From an uncultured Spirochaetota bacterium (lineage in GTDB: Bacteria; Spirochaetota; Spirochaetia; SZUA-6; Fen-1364): a DNA stretch of 64,000 bases. The notes beneath the pieces are model-generated. The model worked only from the letters and a program-made list of their open reading frames with translations. It was not told the origin of the DNA and did no database searches. Shown in pieces: positions 60,755 through 64,000 of this stretch. How positions within the stretch are numbered: position 1 is the stretch's first letter; the number at the start of each line of letters is the position of its first letter. The stretch covers positions 768,001-832,000 of the forward strand of contig CAVTHO010000007.1 in assembly GCA_963734545.1 (NCBI GenBank), given 5' to 3'. The translations under genes were made by a program, and so were the position numbers.

Positions 60755-61705
60755 GGCGACAATCGCTCCTATCAATTCCTGAAAGCTGATCCCCACCATG
60801 GTGCAGATGATGGGAAGGTCAGAGTGCTGGGGGTGAAGGCCCGCAAGGGGGTTCACCTCGATGAAGCTCGGTTTCCCCTGGGCATCCATCCGTATATCGA
60901 TTCTTCCCGCGTCCCGGGCGCCCAGTGCCTTCCACGCGCTCAGCGCGAGATGCGCGCACGCCTCAGCGTCGGGACCTTTGGCGAGCTCGTACCGGACCCT
61001 GTCGTCACAGTATTCCTTGTTCATGTACGTGTAGGCATTCGCGTCTGCCGTCGACAACGGGATTATCTCCATTGTCCCGGCAACACGCGCGTCCGCGCCC
61101 GAGCCGATGATGCCGGACGTGAACTCTCTTCCGGGCAGGTACTCCTCCACGAGCACCGGCTGGTGGTAGGCGTCCAGCAGTGACTCGCAGATCTTTCGAA
61201 GCTCGTTCCGGCCGCGGATGCGGGAATCAGCGGTGATTCCCTTCCCCGTTCCCTCCCCGATCGGCTTTGCGAACAAGGGGTAGCGCAGCTTTACCTTGTC
61301 GATATCCCCGGACGATTCCACCACGGCAAAGTCGGGCGTCGGCACTCCCGCATCACGCACGACGCGCTTGGTGAGCCCTTTGTGCAGCGAAACGGCGAGC
61401 ACGACGGGGTCTGAGAAAGTGTAAGGTATCCGGTGCGCGTCCAGCAGGGCGGGAACGAGCGCCTCGCGGCCCAGCCCGTACATGCCTTCGCAGAAGTTGA
61501 AGACGAGGTCCCAGCGCTTTCCGGCGCTCAACGCGGCCATCAGACCGCGGTAGTTGCCTATCCGGTCCGTGTGGAGACCTTCGCGGCGCAGCGCCGCTTC
61601 CACGGCAGCGACTGTCTCCTCACGGTCGAACTCCGCTGTTTCGAGCTCCGAATAACCCTCACGGAGCCACTCGGAACGGAGATCATAGGTCAGGCCAACC
61701 GTCAC
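60728..61705 (-). CDS. D-Ala-D-Ala ligase-like ATP-grasp protein
   Basis: VGLTYDLR, AEFD, VFNFCEG, FAKPIGEGTGKGI, EEYLPGREFT, RIDIR and EVNPLAGL. Confidence 0.85.
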   Translation of the reverse strand: MTVGLTYDLRSEWLREGYSELETAEFDREETVAAVEAALRREGLHTDRIGNYRGLMAALSAGKRWDLVFNFCEGMYGLGREALVPALLDAHRIPYTFSDPVVLAVSLHKGLTKRVVRDAGVPTPDFAVVESSGDIDKVKLRYPLFAKPIGEGTGKGITADSRIRGRNELRKICESLLDAYHQPVLVEEYLPGREFTSGIIGSGADARVAGTMEIIPLSTADANAYTYMNKEYCDDRVRYELAKGPDAEACAHLALSAWKALGARDAGRIDIRMDAQGKPSFIEVNPLAGLHPQHSDLPIICTMVGISFQELIGAIVASARKRAGI

Positions 61706-61890
61706 CTCTCACCCCTGTCCTGCACGAGTTTTCCGCGGCAGTATAGAATTTCAGACCGGGCAGAGACAAGAACCTCGCCATGAATCCGGTGACCCGGATG
61801 CCGGCCGGGTTACCGGGTGAATCGTCCGCAACCCTGTTTGCAGCAGCGGCTCCCGCGTTGTAGAGTAGGTATCACATTGAGGAGACGGAC

Positions 61891-62598
61891 ATGAGCATCC
61901 ACATCGGCGCAAAGCCCGGGGAGATCGGCGAGGTCGTCCTTCTTCCCGGCGACCCCCTGCGCGCGGAGTTCGTGGCGCAGACATATCTGAAAGAGGCGGT
62001 GTGCTACAGCAGGGTACGGGGCATGCTGGGCTACACGGGTCTGTACAACGGCGTGAAGGTGTCGGTGCAGGGAACAGGGATGGGGATTCCCTCGATCTCG
62101 ATCTATGTCCACGAGCTCATCGTCGACTACGGGGCGCGGCGTCTCCTGCGCATCGGAACCTGCGGGACCCTGCGCGAGGACATGGCACTCGGTGACGTGA
62201 TCCTCGCCCAGGCCGCCAGCACGGATTCCTCGGTCAACAAGCTCCGGTTCAATGGCTGCGACTTCGCCCCGGCGGCTTCCTTCGGTCTTCTGGTGAAAGC
62301 GCACGAGTATGCCCGCCAGAAGGGAATCCGCGCCCATGTCGGAAGCGTGCTGACCAGCGATACCTTCTACGGGGACGACCCCGACTTCTGGAAGCTCTGG
62401 GCGCGCTACGGGATTGTCGCCGCGGAAATGGAGACTACCGCCCTGTACACCATCGCGGCCGCGCACGGCGTGGAGGCGCTTTCGGTTCTCACGGTGAGCG
62501 ACAGCCTCGTGACCGGCCAGTCCGCCACGACGGAGCAGAGGCAGAAGGGCTACACGGCAATGATGGAGATCGCCCTGGGCGCGGGCACCGCCCGCTAG
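61891..62598 (+). CDS. deoD: Purine nucleoside phosphorylase
   Basis: LPGDPLRA, GTGMGIPS, RIGTCG, EMET and LTVSD. Confidence 0.97.
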   Translation: MSIHIGAKPGEIGEVVLLPGDPLRAEFVAQTYLKEAVCYSRVRGMLGYTGLYNGVKVSVQGTGMGIPSISIYVHELIVDYGARRLLRIGTCGTLREDMALGDVILAQAASTDSSVNKLRFNGCDFAPAASFGLLVKAHEYARQKGIRAHVGSVLTSDTFYGDDPDFWKLWARYGIVAAEMETTALYTIAAAHGVEALSVLTVSDSLVTGQSATTEQRQKGYTAMMEIALGAGTAR

Positions 62599-63758
62599 CG
62601 CGACACGCTTCCTGATTCGGTGAGCTTCCGGATCAGGCCTGCGAGCAGCTCGGCCCCGAACACGTAGGCGGACTGCTCGTCGGTGACCTTGAAGCCGGAC
62701 TGGTGCAGCAGGCCATTCGTCCCCGGCAGCCCCACGATAATCGAGGGAACAAGCCGGGAAACGTCGCCCATGTCGCTGGATGCCGCCGAAAACCTGTCCT
62801 CGATGAAGTCGATCCCCTTCTCACCTGCGCTCTTCCGCAGGGCTTCGTGAAGACCGCTATCGACGTGAAACGGGGCGTATCCGCGGACACGCTCCGTCAC
62901 CACGCCGATTCCAAGGGCGGTCGCGCACCCCGCGGCCGCCGCGGACAGGCGTCGGACAGTCTCCTCGACTGTTTCCACGTCCACGCCACGCGCGTACGTC
63001 TCCACGAATGCGGCATCCGGTATCAGATTGACGGCCTGGTCGGGATTGAGACTGAGAATCGGATGGATGCGGATGTGCTTTTCCTCGTCGAAGCCTTCCC
63101 GCAGGAAGGCGCAGGCCTGCAGAAAAAGGCTGGCCGCGTTCTGCGCGTTTCTGCCCAGGTGCGGAGTGGCTCCCGCGTGAGCGCTCTTCCCCCGAAAGGC
63201 GAAGCGGAGCACGTCGAAACCGTTCATCGAGACGACGCTGCTCACCGACCGGGGGCTCGGGAGCGGCGCGGAGTGCGTCGCAACCACATGGCGGAAACCG
63301 GAGAAGATGCCGCGCTCGATCAGCTCCTGCTTCCCGCTCAGCCAGCGTACCGATCCCGCGCGGCGCAGCTCCTCCCTTCGGGCGAGCTCCACGTATTCTT
63401 CAGCCGGCGTGGCGATGAAAGCGGCGTGTTCCAGCGAGCCCGGTGATTGCGTCAAGAGAAGGCACGCCGCCCCGTACATCACCGTCATCTGCTGGTGATG
63501 ACCGCAGAGATGGGCGTATGAGGAGCTCCCGGACGGAAGCGCATCCATATCCGCCACGACGGCAAGAGTCTTCCCCTCGAGCCGACCGTCCATCGTGGCG
63601 ACAAACCCGGGCATGCCGGGAAACTCCTTCAGTGTGAATCCGCTTCGATGGAACCTGTCTGCCAGCAGCTCGTGGGTCTGCCGCTCGAAGAAGCCCCCCT
63701 CTGCCGAGCGCTCCAGCTCCCTGCCCAGGGAAATGAGGGCATCGTTGGTGGCGTTCAC
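62595..63758 (-). CDS. M20-family amidohydrolase
   Basis: ADMDAL, HLCGHH, PAEE, GKSAHAG..P..GRNA and SSDMGD. Confidence 0.88.
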   Translation of the reverse strand: MNATNDALISLGRELERSAEGGFFERQTHELLADRFHRSGFTLKEFPGMPGFVATMDGRLEGKTLAVVADMDALPSGSSSYAHLCGHHQQMTVMYGAACLLLTQSPGSLEHAAFIATPAEEYVELARREELRRAGSVRWLSGKQELIERGIFSGFRHVVATHSAPLPSPRSVSSVVSMNGFDVLRFAFRGKSAHAGATPHLGRNAQNAASLFLQACAFLREGFDEEKHIRIHPILSLNPDQAVNLIPDAAFVETYARGVDVETVEETVRRLSAAAAGCATALGIGVVTERVRGYAPFHVDSGLHEALRKSAGEKGIDFIEDRFSAASSDMGDVSRLVPSIIVGLPGTNGLLHQSGFKVTDEQSAYVFGAELLAGLIRKLTESGSVSR

Positions 63759-63809
63759 ATTCCGACCTTAGCCTTTTACCCCCGCTTGGTACAGTGTATT
63801 CTTGTCGCC

Positions 63810-64000
63810 ATGAGCGCAAAAAAGGTTCTCATCGACACCGATTGCGGGGTCGACGATGCCGTTGCCATCATGATTGCACTGGCGAGCCCTGAGCTGGACG
63901 TGGTCGGCATCACGACGGTGTCGGGCAATGTTCCCCTCGCCCGCGTGATGGACAATGTCACGCGTCTGCTCAGCTTCCTGGACAGGACGGAGATCCCGGT
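63810..64000 (+). CDS. Nucleoside hydrolase, 5' part (runs off window end)
   Basis: MSAKKVLIDTDCGVDDAVAI...GITTVSGNV. Confidence 0.92.
   Translation, partial: MSAKKVLIDTDCGVDDAVAIMIALASPELDVVGITTVSGNVPLARVMDNVTRLLSFLDRTEIP

Noticed and set aside
61786-61816. Hairpin upstream of deoD as a purine riboswitch
   Set aside because: Single GC stem without the three-way junction or conserved purine-aptamer nucleotides.

Overview
High-GC core-genome segment of a spirochete (class Spirochaetia). The assignment rests on a spirochetal FlaB flagellin, a hinge-less SMC, a PUR/DUF3276 protein, a DUF3996-like beta-barrel and the ffh-rpsP-khpA-rimM-trmD-rplS-...-yraN gene order. Most of the window is housekeeping: map, glgA, aroH, thiN, flaB, cca, rnc, acpP, rpmF, coaD, smc, rnhB, degP, ald, gpsA, carAB, iorAB, deoD, plus tRNA-Gly(TCC) and tRNA-Val(TAC). 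Many genes carry single-base frameshifts without in-frame stops, which looks like long-read or assembly indel error. An accessory region at ~32-41.8 kb encodes a sensor adenylate cyclase and surface lipoproteins. It also contains a ~3.5 kb integrase-less island bounded by a 31-bp duplicate of the tRNA-Val 3' end. The most notable unannotated signals are: (1) a structured AGGGAU-loop element repeated in the leaders of coaD and rpsP; (2) a perfect 15-bp AT-rich inverted repeat covering the start codon of a stand-alone DnaE2-like polymerase; (3) a 46-aa FlgM-like microprotein missed by the ORF track; (4) palindromic 24-bp-period repeats extending thiN and rpsP; (5) an ICMT/PEMT-2x C-GCAxxG-C-C fusion. 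No CRISPR array, transposase, integrase or reverse transcriptase was seen. Family names come from motif recognition by eye, not from database searches.
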